Source: Octopus sinensis (taxonomy: Eukaryota). Taken from it: a DNA stretch of 64,000 nucleotides. The DNA lies in the NCBI RefSeq assembly GCF_006345805.1, contig NC_042997.1, forward strand, positions 121,024,001 through 121,088,000. The letters are read 5' to 3'. The position numbers were made by a program, and so were the translations under genes. The first letter of the stretch is position 1; each line of letters begins with the position of its first letter. The notes beneath the pieces are model-generated. The model ran no database searches. It was not told the DNA's origin and worked only from the letters and a program-made list of their open reading frames with translations. Of the stretch, positions 1 through 11,995 are shown in pieces.

Positions 1-678
1 TAAATCAAAGTAAGACTTCCTTAGATGTTGGAAGTTTTCCATATTCTCTATGTTAATACATTTTCTAAGCTCATTTGTGTGATCGTTGATATTTGTCACT
101 CGTAAATTCTTATGCATACACTGTTATTAAAAAATATAAGCAAAGTGTTTTTGCCGCGGTGATATGAAACTGGTAGTGATAATTTAGGCTGTCATATACT
201 GTAATTAAATTACTCACGCCCGAGACAAAATATAATCAGGATAAGTAGAAGGATGTGACTGTTGAGTTTTCCATTTCGGAGTTATCAAATTTAATCTTAG
301 AAAATCAGATTAATGCACCAGTTTTATATCATTTAGTGACGTGTGCTACAATTGATAACCCATAATATCAGTAATTCTAACATATCTAAATTTGGGGCTC
401 AGAGTGATATTAATTTGCAATATTTTGCCGTCGAGCTCATCGTATTTCCTACAAGACTTTCAAAAATGTATATCAAAAAGAAAAGCACACAATCTCATTT
501 AAACACTAAATGTAATGGACGTAATTATTTACATCAATACCATTTGGCAAGGCTTCTAAATTCTTTATTAATTAATACTAATAAGCTTCCGAATATATAT
601 TTAACTTTATGCGTTTAATTAACCATACTAATATAACATGCATATCCAATTGATGGCTTATAGTGAAATACTAGTAGC

Positions 679-830
679 TTTGAACGATGGGATGGAACTT
701 AATCCATCAGTCTCTTTTCTCACCAAGTTTTGGAGACATAAACACCCCAGCATCGGTTATCAAGCAATGGTTAGGGAACAAACACAGACACAAAAATAAC
801 AAACATAAATATATATATACATATATATAT

Positions 831-868
<38 letters not shown>

Positions 869-1033
869 TGTGTGTGTGTGTGTGCTTGTGTGTGTTTGTG
901 TGCGTGTATGTATGTCTATATATATATATTAACCATACAAATGGAACATGTTTAAAAATCGATACTGGGGTTATGTCTCCAAGCCTTGGTGACAAAAGAG
1001 ACCGATGGATTAAGTTCCATCCCATCGTTCAAA
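679..1033. repeat. Inverted repeat (~75-bp arms) enclosing a TA/TG microsatellite
   Basis: 679-755 versus 960-1033, about 5 substitutions and one 3-nt indel by eye. The inner part of the arms resembles SINE family A sequence (ggtctctttt...ggagacataaacaccccagcatcg). Confidence 0.85.
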
Positions 1034-2789
1034 TTCTGTTTCGAGTAAACTGTTTTTAAACTGAAATTTCCACAAGCGTTTAGTCTTGTTTGACTTGCCA
1101 GATAATGTAACAGCCAAATAAAAGGAATTTGATGACATAAATTTAGCTCGCGTATTATAAACAAATACTACTACTACTACTACTACGACTACTAAAAGCA
1201 TCAAGCATCCACAAAACGCAACATCTTTTCGTGTCTAGTCAGCTTGCACTCTTGTTATCAGTACAGTGATACAGATGCAGAGATAAGCTACTCTCAGTAC
1301 TCACAGGATTTCTCAAACCTAAATTTCCATCCATTCTTATTGAAAATGGTATAGAAAGTTTAAAAAAAAACATAGAGCAACAGATAGCAAGGGCGCCAAA
1401 CCACAATATCATACCTTTGATAGTTCCAAACAACTCATATCGCTGAATCAAACTTAACTATCATCAAACAAAGTATTGAATTAACTACTAAATTTAATTA
1501 CTGATCGAACACTTGTTCAACATTAAAGGCAACCACTAACAAGCAGTTGACAAACGCAAATTTTGTCCTAAAATGTAACGATAACAACTTAATGGTATGC
1601 AATTACAATCACAATCGTTGTGACACGTCGATCCATACATAGCCGTCAGTATACCAACTTAAAATCCGATAAAAGTTTATCTCCAAATGAAAATGTAAAA
1701 CCCTAAATCAAACCCGCTGTATCAGTTTTCCTACATTGTGTATAGATATGTACTGGCCAGGAAGAAAACTCATTATCAGTCAGAGACGAGTACGCTAGCA
1801 ACAAATTAGGGCTGTAATGATAGTTAGATCCCACTAAGTAATCATTTAGAATCATGCAGTATTATATGGTGTTTTAATATTTCCATTCAACTAACGTCAC
1901 CGCTCAAGTAAGGGTAGAAAACGAGAAAGAGAAATGTATGTGTCTGAGGATTTCAAAATTGTGTTAAATAGATTACAACATGAAATAATGAATCGAATTT
2001 AATTTTATTGAAATCTCTATTAATATCTACAATAAAATTAATTTGAATTTGAATTTAATTACATTTCTTTAAACAATATATAACACAGTAGGCGCAGGCG
2101 TGGCTGCGTGGTAAGCATTTGGCTTCCCAAACTTTATGTCCCCAAAACTTGGTGAAAAAAGAGACCGATGAAATAAGTACAGGTTTACAAAGAAAACTGC
2201 TAATCTTTGTAGTATCATATATTTCTCAATATCAGATTGCAGATTTAAGGCGGTATTTCCTTCTGAGTTGAAATTTCACCGATGTCGACATTGCCTTTCA
2301 TCATTTCGGGGTCAACTGGCTCCTCCCCCAAAATGTTGGGCCTTGTGCCTAGAGTAGAAAAGAATATCTGATTGTAGCCACATCCTCTATCAGTAACTTT
2401 GCTTAGTTAAAATGATATGAATAAGGGCTGTGGATGAGAAATAGTCACACTATGTCTCACGGTCATTCTTTGAAACAACATTCACAAGCTTGTATCTACC
2501 GGGGTCTAACAAATGGCATTCAAATGGGATATTTAACGACGTCTACGTTTGTCGAGTGTGGAATGTATTAGCAGCTTATACATACCACCGCAAAAATATA
2601 TGCATGAAGTCGCTTTTGAATCATGAAGTATTCAGAAAAATTGTGTAAACAGAAAATAAATATGTACAAGTGGGACTATAAAGGAATTTTTTTACTGATG
2701 ATAAATGCAGGCATATGTGTATGTATTGAATATATGTAAGTATGTATGTATTTATGTATGTATATTTATATATACATATATATATATAC

Positions 2790-3046
2790 GTAGAAAAATA
2801 CAGACTGGGACAAGAACGTAAAACATTTAGAAGACGATACAAAAAACACGGACGGGACATTCGAAGCTCGTAGCTTAGTTTTTCCTTGGGGCTGGCCGGA
2901 TCGGAGCGATCTCAAGATTAATCAGCCGAAATTGCTAGGATGATCCGGTTCTTGACTGAAGATTGAAGGCTTCGAATGTCCCGTCCGTGTTTTTTGTATC
3001 GTCTTCTAAATGTTTTACGTTCTTGTCTCAGTTTGTATTTTTCTAC
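2790..3046. repeat. Inverted repeat, 78-bp arms with 101-nt spacer, between (TA)n tracts
   Basis: 2790-2867 versus 2969-3046, 2 mismatches by eye. Confidence 0.92.
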
Positions 3047-3720
3047 ATATAATATATATATATATAATATAAATAAGGTATAACTATATGAATATATACA
3101 TATATATATGTACATACCTACATATATATATGTATATATGCGAGCATATATGGGTACAGGACATCAAAAAAACGTTGAACACAGTGAGAGACGAAAAAAA
3201 ACAGAGAAGCATGACTTGCAACAGAAAGAATATTCCCCTTGATCAGTTGTCCCTGTTTCATCTACTCCGCGTTCTGAAGGTAAAGACAATAGGTGACTTC
3301 GTCGAAACAGTCCTTCCCGCATAGCTACTATCACATGTCGGCCTATCTCCCTCGCTCTCGTTCTTCATCATCCTTTCTGCTTTTCTCCTTCACTCTTCCC
3401 TATTCTTATTCTCTCCTCTTCACCGTCCCCCCTCTCTCTCTCTTCTTCCTTGACTCTCACTTCACTGAGACGAGACGAAATGTCATCTAACTTCCTGTCC
3501 ATTTCCTTCCTAAAGACTAGACTTGCTTGTACCTGCCTCCATTCATAGCTCGTCCTCCTCGCGTTCATAATAATTTTTCTATCGGCTTGGGCCAACAGTC
3601 CTCACTGTTCATTTCTACTGTCTTGTTCTCACTGTCCTGTTCTTGCTACCACTTTCACCCGCTGCAAAAAATCCGAAATTTTAGATAATTTGCTTTGCGG
3701 GAAGGACTGTTCAACGAAGT

Positions 3721-3783
<63 letters not shown>

Positions 3784-4611
3784 TATATATATATACATAT
3801 ATATAATACATGTTTGTATAAACTCTCTAGGTAGATATTTCTTAGCATAGCGCCTGAGAATTCGATACGAGTCATAATAATCAATAATCAGAACTTGTTG
3901 AACCTTTACAAACACCAAACTTTAGAAATAGATGTACAGACTTTTTGCGCAGCATAATACTGGACAAGTTTTGAAACACCCTTCAGAAAAATATTCAGAA
4001 CAAAAGCTAAAGCAAATACAGTGCAGATGATATTTCTTCCGCATGATGGAAATACAGTTGCAAAAGCAATTATCTATGAAGAGAAAACAATAGTTCAGTT
4101 GGGTAGAAAAGAAACAAAATAAAAATAATGTTCATATATTGGTTTTCAAACCTTTTCGGCAAATACACATCTAAACACAGCAATGGAAACAATAAACAAA
4201 ACAAAAATATACACGTATTTAACAGCTTTATGCAGATATATGTGACACTTCAAAGAACGATGTTTCGACTCTTTTGACATGAAATGGTCAACTCTAGAAC
4301 ATGAATAAATAAAGGAACCAACTAATGTCAACATTTACTGGTGGGAAAATTTAAATTGAGGGAACATAATGAGATTCAAGGAAAAACACGTATGCACATT
4401 ATAACAAAATATTGTCCCTAAACACATTATTACTTGTAAGTTACAAGTACCAATTAGCAATACACCGATCTTGCTCTCGTTGTGATAGAATGAATTAGAA
4501 CATTTTAAATGTTAATGGCTTACAAATTCATACAGCCAAAAATATTACTACATGATACACATTTTTTATACATGTTCCGTTAGCCAGAAGTTACAGACTA
4601 TTTCAAAACAC

Positions 4612-4655
<44 letters not shown>

Positions 4656-4855
4656 CATGCATGTTTGTGCATACATGTATTCATGCACACACACATACAT
4701 ACACACACGCACACACACACTCTCACAGACACACACACTGACATATATGTATATCTGTAGGCAGATGAAGAATATGAGCACAAGGAGCATAAGCAAACAA
4801 GTTAAAAGGACGTACACAATGAATGCATTAGTTTCAAACTAACAGAAAATTTAAG

Positions 4856-4974
4856 ATGGTAAAACGAGTCGTGAACGGCGACGTTTAGAACATCACACTT
4901 TGTCAGAAAGAGAAAAGAGTAAAAAGTCCGGAAAAGGAAAAAAAAATAGTCCAAGAATCGCAGATGTGTCGTAA
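4856..4974 (+). CDS. Candidate terminal coding exon of an unknown gene (unverified)
   Basis: After tttaAG, an open frame reads (D)GKTSRERRRLEHHTLSEREKSKKSGKGKKNSPRIADVS-stop, which looks protein-like. The acceptor is weak, no partner exons were found and no family was recognised. Confidence 0.2.
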
Positions 4975-5370
4975 CATTGCTCAAATATATATATAAATAC
5001 AGCCGTACACACGCACACGTGTATTAATACTAACAGATGTAAGTTAAAGTGGTGAGCTGACGGTATCCTTAGTACGCCGTTCAAGATGGTTACCGACATT
5101 TCGTCTGTGCCTACTTTCTACGTTCAAATGACACTTAAGTTGACTTTTACTTTCATCCATTCGCGGCCCATTATATAAGTACCAGCGTAGGACTGGGTTC
5201 GATTTTATGGATTTGGCTCCTCTTCCGAAACTACTGGGCTGGTGCCAAAATTTTGAAACGAATATTAATAGATGCGAACATGATGCAATTAAATAGACAG
5301 GCACCCTAGCCATTTTGGTTGAATTTATGCGGCGCTATCCTGGTTCTTTGTTTTAAGTATTTGTCAAGTT

Positions 5371-5410
5371 TTATTATTATTATAATGTTATTATTATTAT
5401 TATTATTATT
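5371..5410. repeat. (TTA)n microsatellite at the 3' junction of Dong copy A
   Basis: Directly visible trinucleotide run. Confidence 0.95.
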
Positions 5411-7175
5411 ATTTTTTTTTTTTTTCTTCTTTCAAATTTTCTTCCGTTTCTTGCCGAGTGTCTTCCCGACTCCTAGGGCAAAGAAACTCATAGTGTATAT
5501 TGGTAGGCCATTAAACCAAACTCAGTAGTTCGTTCATATTTTTTTTTTTTTTTTTTTGTAAAGTTAAATTAAAATACATGAGCAGCAACAGTTCTCACAT
5601 CGACAATGCTCTTCTCAATACGTGTGATGTACCAGTTAAGACAATCTTTTGCACTTCTTGCAGGGATGGTAAGCCAGGGATCATTCTCATATAATTTTCG
5701 GTTCCCTTCTTGATCATTCCTAGTGCTCCTACGATCACTGGTATTGTAACCGCCTTGAGATGCCACATTTTCTCAATTTCAATGAGTAGGTCTTTATATT
5801 TTCTGAGCTTGTCAAACTCTTTCGCTGAGATATTATGATCACAGGGGATGCTCATGTCGATCAATAAGCAAACTTTATTGTTTTGGTCTTTCACAACAAT
5901 ATCTGGTTTATTGGCCTTGATGGTTCGGTCTGTATGTACTGGAAAGTCCCACAGAATGGTTACATTTTCTCCTTCAGTTACAGCCTCAGGGTGGTGATTA
6001 TACCACTTGTCGGCAGTTTTGATATTGTAATGCCGACTTATTAGCCAGTGGAGATATTGGCCAACTCTGTCATGTCTTAATTTATACTCCCCTGGTGCTA
6101 AGACTTTACATCCAGAGATTAGGTGGTCCACTGTTTCAATCATGTCGTTGCAGAATCGGCATTTTGGGTCTGCTCCATTTTTCATCACATTGGCCTGGTA
6201 GTTCCGGGTTAATAGGCTTTGGTCTTGAGCAGCCAGGATGAAACCTTCGACTCTGCTTTTAGCCCTGAGCTCCGCAGCCACTGATGGGTTTGCTTCTGGT
6301 CAACATCAGCTTGTTTGCTGCGGGTCACATATTTGCCGTGCAGAGGTTTCTCCTCCCACCTATCAGCCAATTGCTCGTGCGCTTTTTTCATTGCCGTCAT
6401 TTTCACCTTCTTTGCAACAATAGTTGCCGTACTTCCCTCGGGTTGTTCAGTTTGGGTATCCTGCACGAGATCAATAGCAAATTTGTTGCTTTCCTTGATG
6501 ATAGAATGAAGCTTCTTTCGTCTCTCGTGATTTTCCACGAGCTTTAGCATCCAGTCATTCGATATTTCGAGATATTTGGCCAGTCCAATTGTGGTTGTTT
6601 TGTAAGCTAGTTCAAATTGGATCAGGCCTCGACCTCCTTGGGCTCTGGGAAGGTAAAGGCGATCTACGTCTGCCTTTGGGTGGTGCATCCTATTACAACT
6701 CAGCAGCTTGCGTATTTTCTATCTATATTCTTTACTTCACTCATATTCCAGTTCAACACATTGTAGCTATAAGTAACAACTGGAACTGCTAAGGAATTTA
6801 TAGCTAACACCTTGTTACGTGCATTTAGTTCAGATTTCAGGACTGCACGAACTCTCCTATAACATTCCTTCCTGATTTTCTCTTTCATGCTTGCATGCTG
6901 AATACCAGAGCCTTCATTTATCCCTAAATATTTGTATGTTTGTTCTTGCTCAAGCTCTCTTATGACTGTGTCAACATCTAACACGACTGAATTTGTGGTC
7001 TTCGCTTTCCCTTTCTGGAAAGTGGCCTTGGCACACTTCTCAAGTCCAAACTCCATCCCGATGTCATCGCTGAATGCTTTCACGGTCCGCAATAGGCCTT
7101 CAAGTTCATTATTGTCTTTACCATAAAGTTTTAAGTCATCCATATAAAATAGATGGCTTATTTTTTTATTGGCAA

Positions 7176-7180
<5 letters not shown>
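5410..7180 (-). mobile_element. R4/Dong-clade REL non-LTR retrotransposon, copy A (5'-truncated, frameshifted)
   Basis: Three consecutive minus-strand ORFs (6700-7143, 6209-6688, 5595-6281) give RT motif ISHLFYMDDLKLY, KYLG, HPKADVDRLYLPRAQGGRGL, CCHC knuckle CRFC..ETVDHLISGC, RHD motif and REL nuclease KPDIV...LIDMSIP...KLRKYKDL, ending HVLRRALSM-stop. The 3' UTR ends in poly-A then (TAA)n at ~5371-5410; the 5' break abuts (TAA)n at 7181-7240. Confidence 0.92.

Positions 7181-7240
<60 letters not shown>
7181..7240. repeat. (TTA)n microsatellite separating Dong copies A and B
   Basis: About 20 uninterrupted units. Confidence 0.97.
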
Positions 7241-7243
<3 letters not shown>

Positions 7244-7965
7244 TGACTTTTGCTTTATGTTTGTACAAGTTGGCTCCAAGTCTCACCCGGAGACCTCAAG
7301 AGACATACATTTGGGGGTTTTTTGGTGTTGCACTAGTGAATGTCTAATAAATAATTTTTTTTTAAAGTTTGTTTTAAACCTTGAGATTACATTGAGAGTA
7401 GTTTGCGTAGGATATGAGCAGTTCCCATGAGCAATATCTTTTCAATTTCTGAGTTAGGTAGCAATCAGCCCCTTTCGCTATCATTCCCAGGGCACCTATG
7501 CCAACAGGTATTGTTTTAGTCTTCAGCTTCCACATTTTGCTAATTTCTATTTCAAGATCTTTATATTTGCTCAGTTTTTGGTAGGTCTTGACAGATACGT
7601 TTATATCGATTGGGACAGTCATATCAATGAGGAGGCATGTTCTTTGTCTGAAGTCTTTCAATATGATGTCTGGCCTATTTGCATCTATCTTTCTGTCAGT
7701 TGAATGGCGAAGTTCCTGAGGAGTGAGATGTGGTCATTTTTAAGCACTGGAGGTGGATTGTGTTCCCACCAGTTTTTTCATGGGGCAAATCCAAGTTTTT
7801 GCAACTTACCCAGTGAATTTATTGTGCAGCTCTATCATGTCTGTTGAGGTACTCTGTAAGCGCTAGAAGACTGCACTTGGAGACAACATGATCAATGGTT
7901 TCATTTTGTTGTCGGCATACACGACATGTTGGGCTACTGCCGCTCTTTAATATGTTGGCCTGGTA

Positions 7966-9240
7966 CGAGGGGCGTTCAATAAGTAATGCCCCTGACCCAC
8001 TTCCCATAGCAGTAGAGGAACGACACATGGCACAGTTATTAGTCTTTTCCTACATAGGAACTACCCAGAGTTATGCATTTTTCCCATCGTTTGATACAGC
8101 TCTGGAGACCGTTTTTGTAGAAGACCCCAGCTTGGTCCTCCAACCACGACGTGACTTCAGAAATCAAGGCTGCATCATCTGGGAAACGCTTTCCTTTCAA
8201 AATCAACTTCATGGCTGGGAAGAGGTGAAAATCAGAGGGTGCAAGGGGAGGAGTTCATAGCTGCACGCCTGTGCTTCTGATCTGGCGACACGCGAGTTGT
8301 GGACCGGAGCGTTGTCCTGCAGGAGGAGGATGCCTTTGCTGATCTTGCCCCGCCTCTTGATTTTGATAGCTACTCTTAATTTCTTCAAAAGGCTCCTGCA
8401 TAATAGGCTCCTGTAATTGTGGTACCCTTTGCCAGGAAATCTGTCATCACTACTCCGTCCTGGTCCCAGAAGACTGTGAGCATAACCTCGTCAGCGGAGG
8501 GCTGCACCCTTGCCTTATTTGGAGGAGGTGAGTCACGGTGCTTCCACTGCATTGACTGGGCTTTGGTCTATGGATCATAGTGATGGACCCAGGTTTTTCC
8601 AGTGTGATCAGTCTTTTGAAAAATTTTGACTCATCTTCTTGGCACATCTCCAAATTCATCCTCGAGCACTCAACGCGTTCTTGCTTCTGGAAAGGTGTGA
8701 GCAACCTGGAAATCCATCTGACAGACAGACACCTTTTGCATATGCAAATGGTCATGAATGATAGTTTCCACAGACCCGGTACTAATCTTGACCTTATGGG
8801 CTATTTGGCGAATAGTTATGCGTTGACCTTCCAAAATGGCAGCCTGAACTTGACGGACAGACGTCTCATCAATGGCAGAAGGGGGCGACCAAATCTGGGA
8901 GCTGTTTCCACAGAGTTCCGACTATGTTTGAATTCACAATGCCAGCGTTTTACAAGGGCATATGATGGGGCATCATCACCATAAGTTACTTTCATTTCAT
9001 CAAAAGTCTCCCGTGGTGTGCGTCCTTTCAAATACAAAAAACAGATCACTGCTCGACACTCAACAGGCTCCATTTCACACTTGACTCAGTTCAAACACCT
9101 GTAAATCAGAAACCACAATTAGTTTAGAGATGTAATTCGCCACTTAATCTATAGAGGTATAAGTAAGTACACATGCAAAATGTCAGCTAGATCAAACAAC
9201 TGCAAGTGGGTCTGAGGCATTACTTATTGAACGCCTCTCG
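7966..9240 (-). mobile_element. Mariner (Tc1/mariner) DNA transposon, complete length, inactive
   Basis: Terminal inverted repeats cgaggggcgttcaataagtaatgcccctgacccactt (7966-) and cgagaggcgttcaataagtaatgcctcagacccactt (reverse complement of the end at 9240). TA duplication at 7964-7965 and 9241-9242. Length 1,275 bp. Confidence 0.95.
8039..9073 (-). pseudogene. Mariner transposase pseudogene
   Basis: Starts MEPVECRAVICFLYLKGRTPRETFDEMKVTYGDDAPSYALVKRWHCEFK. Later segments read TWVHHYDP*TKAQSMQWKH, VMLTVFWDQDGVVMTDFLAKGTTITGAYYA, LLQDNAPVHNSR, SDFHLFP and CIKRWEKCITLGSSYVGKD-stop. Contains frameshifts and an in-frame stop. Confidence 0.9.
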
Positions 9241-10260
9241 TAGTTTCTTGTTGGTAGGCATTGATCTTGAGCTGCTATGATAAACTCTTCTGCTTCAGAT
9301 TTTAAGCCGGAGGCTATTAGCCATTGATGGGTCAGGGCTTTGTCGATATTTGCATTATTCGCTCTCTTTGGGTATTTGCCATAGAGAGGTTTTTCTTGCC
9401 ATTTATTATTCAGAATATCTAAGGCCGCAGTTTTGGCACGGGTTTTCATGCGCCTAGCTTTTTCTGTGCTTGTTTCTTGTATGTCTATCTCTAATTCCGA
9501 AATTGGTTGTATTCGGAATTCACTTAGATATTCCTTTGCCTGTTTTGTGACTGAGTATGATGCTTTCTTGTTTTTATGTTTTGAGACAAGTTTTAACATT
9601 CAGTCCTCAGACTTTTTCAGGTAAGTGTCTAGGCCAATTGTAGCAATCTTCATTGTTATTGCCAGTTGTTAAAGACCAGGGCCTCCCTCTTTTCTTGGCA
9701 GATAAAGTCGTTCTGTATCTGCCTTAGGGTGGTGCATTCTATGCATTGTCAACAGTTTTCGTATTTTTCTGTCGAGCTGACATATTTCAGTAATTGACCA
9801 GTTAACGATATTGAAACTGTAAGTCACGACTGGTATGGCTAATGCATTGATCGCTTCGATCCTGTTTCTTGCATTCAGCTCTGTCTTGAGTATTGCTCTC
9901 ACTCTTCGATAACATTCTCTCCTGATCCTTTCCTTCATCTCTGAATGCCTTATTCCGTTCCCTTCAATTACCCCTAGGTACTTGTAGCTCGCCGCTGGGT
10001 CTAGTTCTTTTATGACATTCTGCTGTCAAGGTTAATGTTAGATGTTTCTGTCATTTTGCACATTTATCGAGGCCGAATTGCATTCTGATGTCGTCACTGA
10101 ATTATTTGACTATCGCTAGTAAGCCCTTGAGTTGTTGGTCATTTTTGGCAAAAAGCTTTAAATCATCCATGTAAATGAGATGATTTATATTTTTTATCAA
10201 ACATTTTATACCCGTACTGCGCGTCTTTGAGCAGTTTTGAGAGAGGTATTAAGGCTAAAC

Positions 10261-10342
10261 TAATTATTATTATTATTATTAAAATTTAATAGTACTAGTA
10301 GTTGTAGTATTTTTATTATTATTATCGTTATCATCATCATCG

Positions 10343-10377
<35 letters not shown>

Positions 10378-10446
10378 GTCATCATCATCATTATTATAAC
10401 TCCTCCTCCTCCTCCTGCTACTACTAGTAGTAGTAGTAGTAGTAGT
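10261..10446. repeat. Compound trinucleotide microsatellite (TTA/TCA/TCC/TAG)
   Basis: Successive runs directly visible. Similar compound tracts at ~22005-22140 (TTC/CTA/ACC/ACG) and ~26105-26215 (ATC/AGC/TTA/TTG). Confidence 0.95.
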
Positions 10447-11599
10447 GTTTCAGCTGATTTTGTTTCGCCATTCTACATTACACCTTGCGGACAGTGCGAC
10501 AGTACATATATTTCTGAATACCTATGTTTATTCCGATGACGATCACGAGCGATTTTCTTTTTCTGAGCAATTTGTTAACCAGTAAAAGATTAGTATAACC
10601 AGATTGATATCATCACGCAGGTGCGCGCCCACACACTTTGTCATTAATATTGATATACACATTTCCGTTCGTATTGTTCTCTGTGTAGCCATGTTAGATT
10701 ACCTGATTCTGTAAGTTTTGTGTTTATGAAGAATAATGATATTTTCAGTTTAATCTTGTAACTTTCGACATAAATCAAAATCTTGGAAATTTCAATAAGA
10801 TTCATCATCACGAGCAGGAGCACTCCTTCAATCTCGTTTGAGCTTGTAATGATAGAAAGTACCATAAATATAATATCAATACTGCCTGCTAGCCATCGTA
10901 TTGGCAATTATGCGCTAAAAAAGATCCGTATTTTTTTACCCACTGGCACGAAATTATAAACAAATTCGTCATCAGATTCTGTTCAAGAATTAAAATGAGG
11001 AAAATATTGGTTTGAAACTTTGGCAGAAGGCCAATATTTTCATAAAAAATCCAGCAAGTGTTTCCACGCGCTCGCACTTCTCTAGATGTCCTTTGGTAAA
11101 AATTAAGCTAACAGTTGGAAGTTTTCTTAGCTTCTTCATGAGAAAATCGGATACCGTGTTGTATAGCCAGTCAGTTTTCTGGTAGGTGTACCATGGATAT
11201 TAGCATTCTTTTTCTAAGTGTTTAAGGAGATGAGCTGCTATTTTTAGTCGGTCAGGTCACTAGTAAATAGCTCAACCTCCCCTGGTTTGTGCTAAAATTT
11301 TAAAAGACTGACTTCCTTTTCAAAATATATGCTGTGAAGGGAGCGACTTCAGATTTCAATAGTCGAACAACGATGGCTGAATCTTAAATCCTGAATTAGC
11401 TTCAAATTAATAGGATTGGTGGTGTCACATGATACACCTATTATTTTGTTTCCAATATAAATATCACCATTTTTTGAACTTAATTTCTCGTTAATGATGG
11501 GCGAAGTTTCCTAAAGAAGCACACATGCATGCACCCGTTAATCCTTCGGATGTTTAACAACGAAATTACTTCTGATAAAAATAAATTGGCCCTGTGTCG

Positions 11600-11995
11600 A
11601 GATAAAATGGTACTTATTTCATCGGGCTCGAAGGGGAAGGGGAAATTCAGCCTTGGCCGGATTTGAACTAAGAACGTAAAGGTGAAGATAATGCCACTAA
11701 ACATTTCGCTTGGTGTGCAAACGCTTCCGCTAGCTCATTGTCTTACATGAAGAAAAATTTCAAGTTATGTTAATATTACACATAAAGACGTCGAGCTGGC
11801 AGAATCGTAACCGCGCCGGGGAACAAGGCTTAGCGGCATTTCTTCCGATTTTACGTTCGGAGTTCAGATACAATCTAGTTTGCCTTTAATCATTTCGGGG
11901 TTGATAAAATAAGTTCCAGTTGAACATTGGGGTAGATATAATCGATTTATGTCCTCCCCCGGCTCGCTGGCCTTGCGTCGAATTTTGAATCCAAT
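11600..11995. mobile_element. Head-to-head pair of family B SINEs (diverged)
   Basis: Minus copy ~11600-11745 and plus copy ~11785-11995. Further family B copies at ~2240-2370, 5045-5260, 13000-13205, 14255-14570, 22590-22750, 26290-26520 and 32490-32660. Confidence 0.7.

Larger units (their letters stand above)
7241..10260 (-). mobile_element. R4/Dong-clade REL non-LTR retrotransposon, copy B (5'-truncated, interrupted by mariner)
   Basis: Minus strand: INHLIYMDDLKLF (~10150-10190), KERIRRECYRRVRAILKTELNARN, HPKADTERLYLPRKEGG, IIAAQDQCLPTRNY / QANILK, CRVC..ETIDHVVSKC, RHD, CLLIDMTVPIDINVSVKTYQKLSKYKDLEIE. Bounded by (TAA)n at 7181-7240 and 10261-10280. Confidence 0.9.

Noticed and set aside
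2868-2968. Hammerhead in the spacer of the 78-bp foldback
   Set aside because: GAAA and CUGAAGA are present, but no consistent stems I and III can be drawn.
3285-3725. Short inverted match (gacttcgt.gaa.cagtccttcccgca) with a GAAA-CAGUC half-motif
   Set aside because: Only ~30 bp with no CUGANGA in the correct position; too little to call a ribozyme or element.
3850-4300. Possible minus-strand exons (VDHFMSKESKHRSLK...; IIAFATVFPSCGRNIICTVF...)
   Set aside because: Donor sites are weak, in-frame stops follow and no protein family was recognised. Similar unsupported candidates lie at ~1310-1440 and ~59300-59600.
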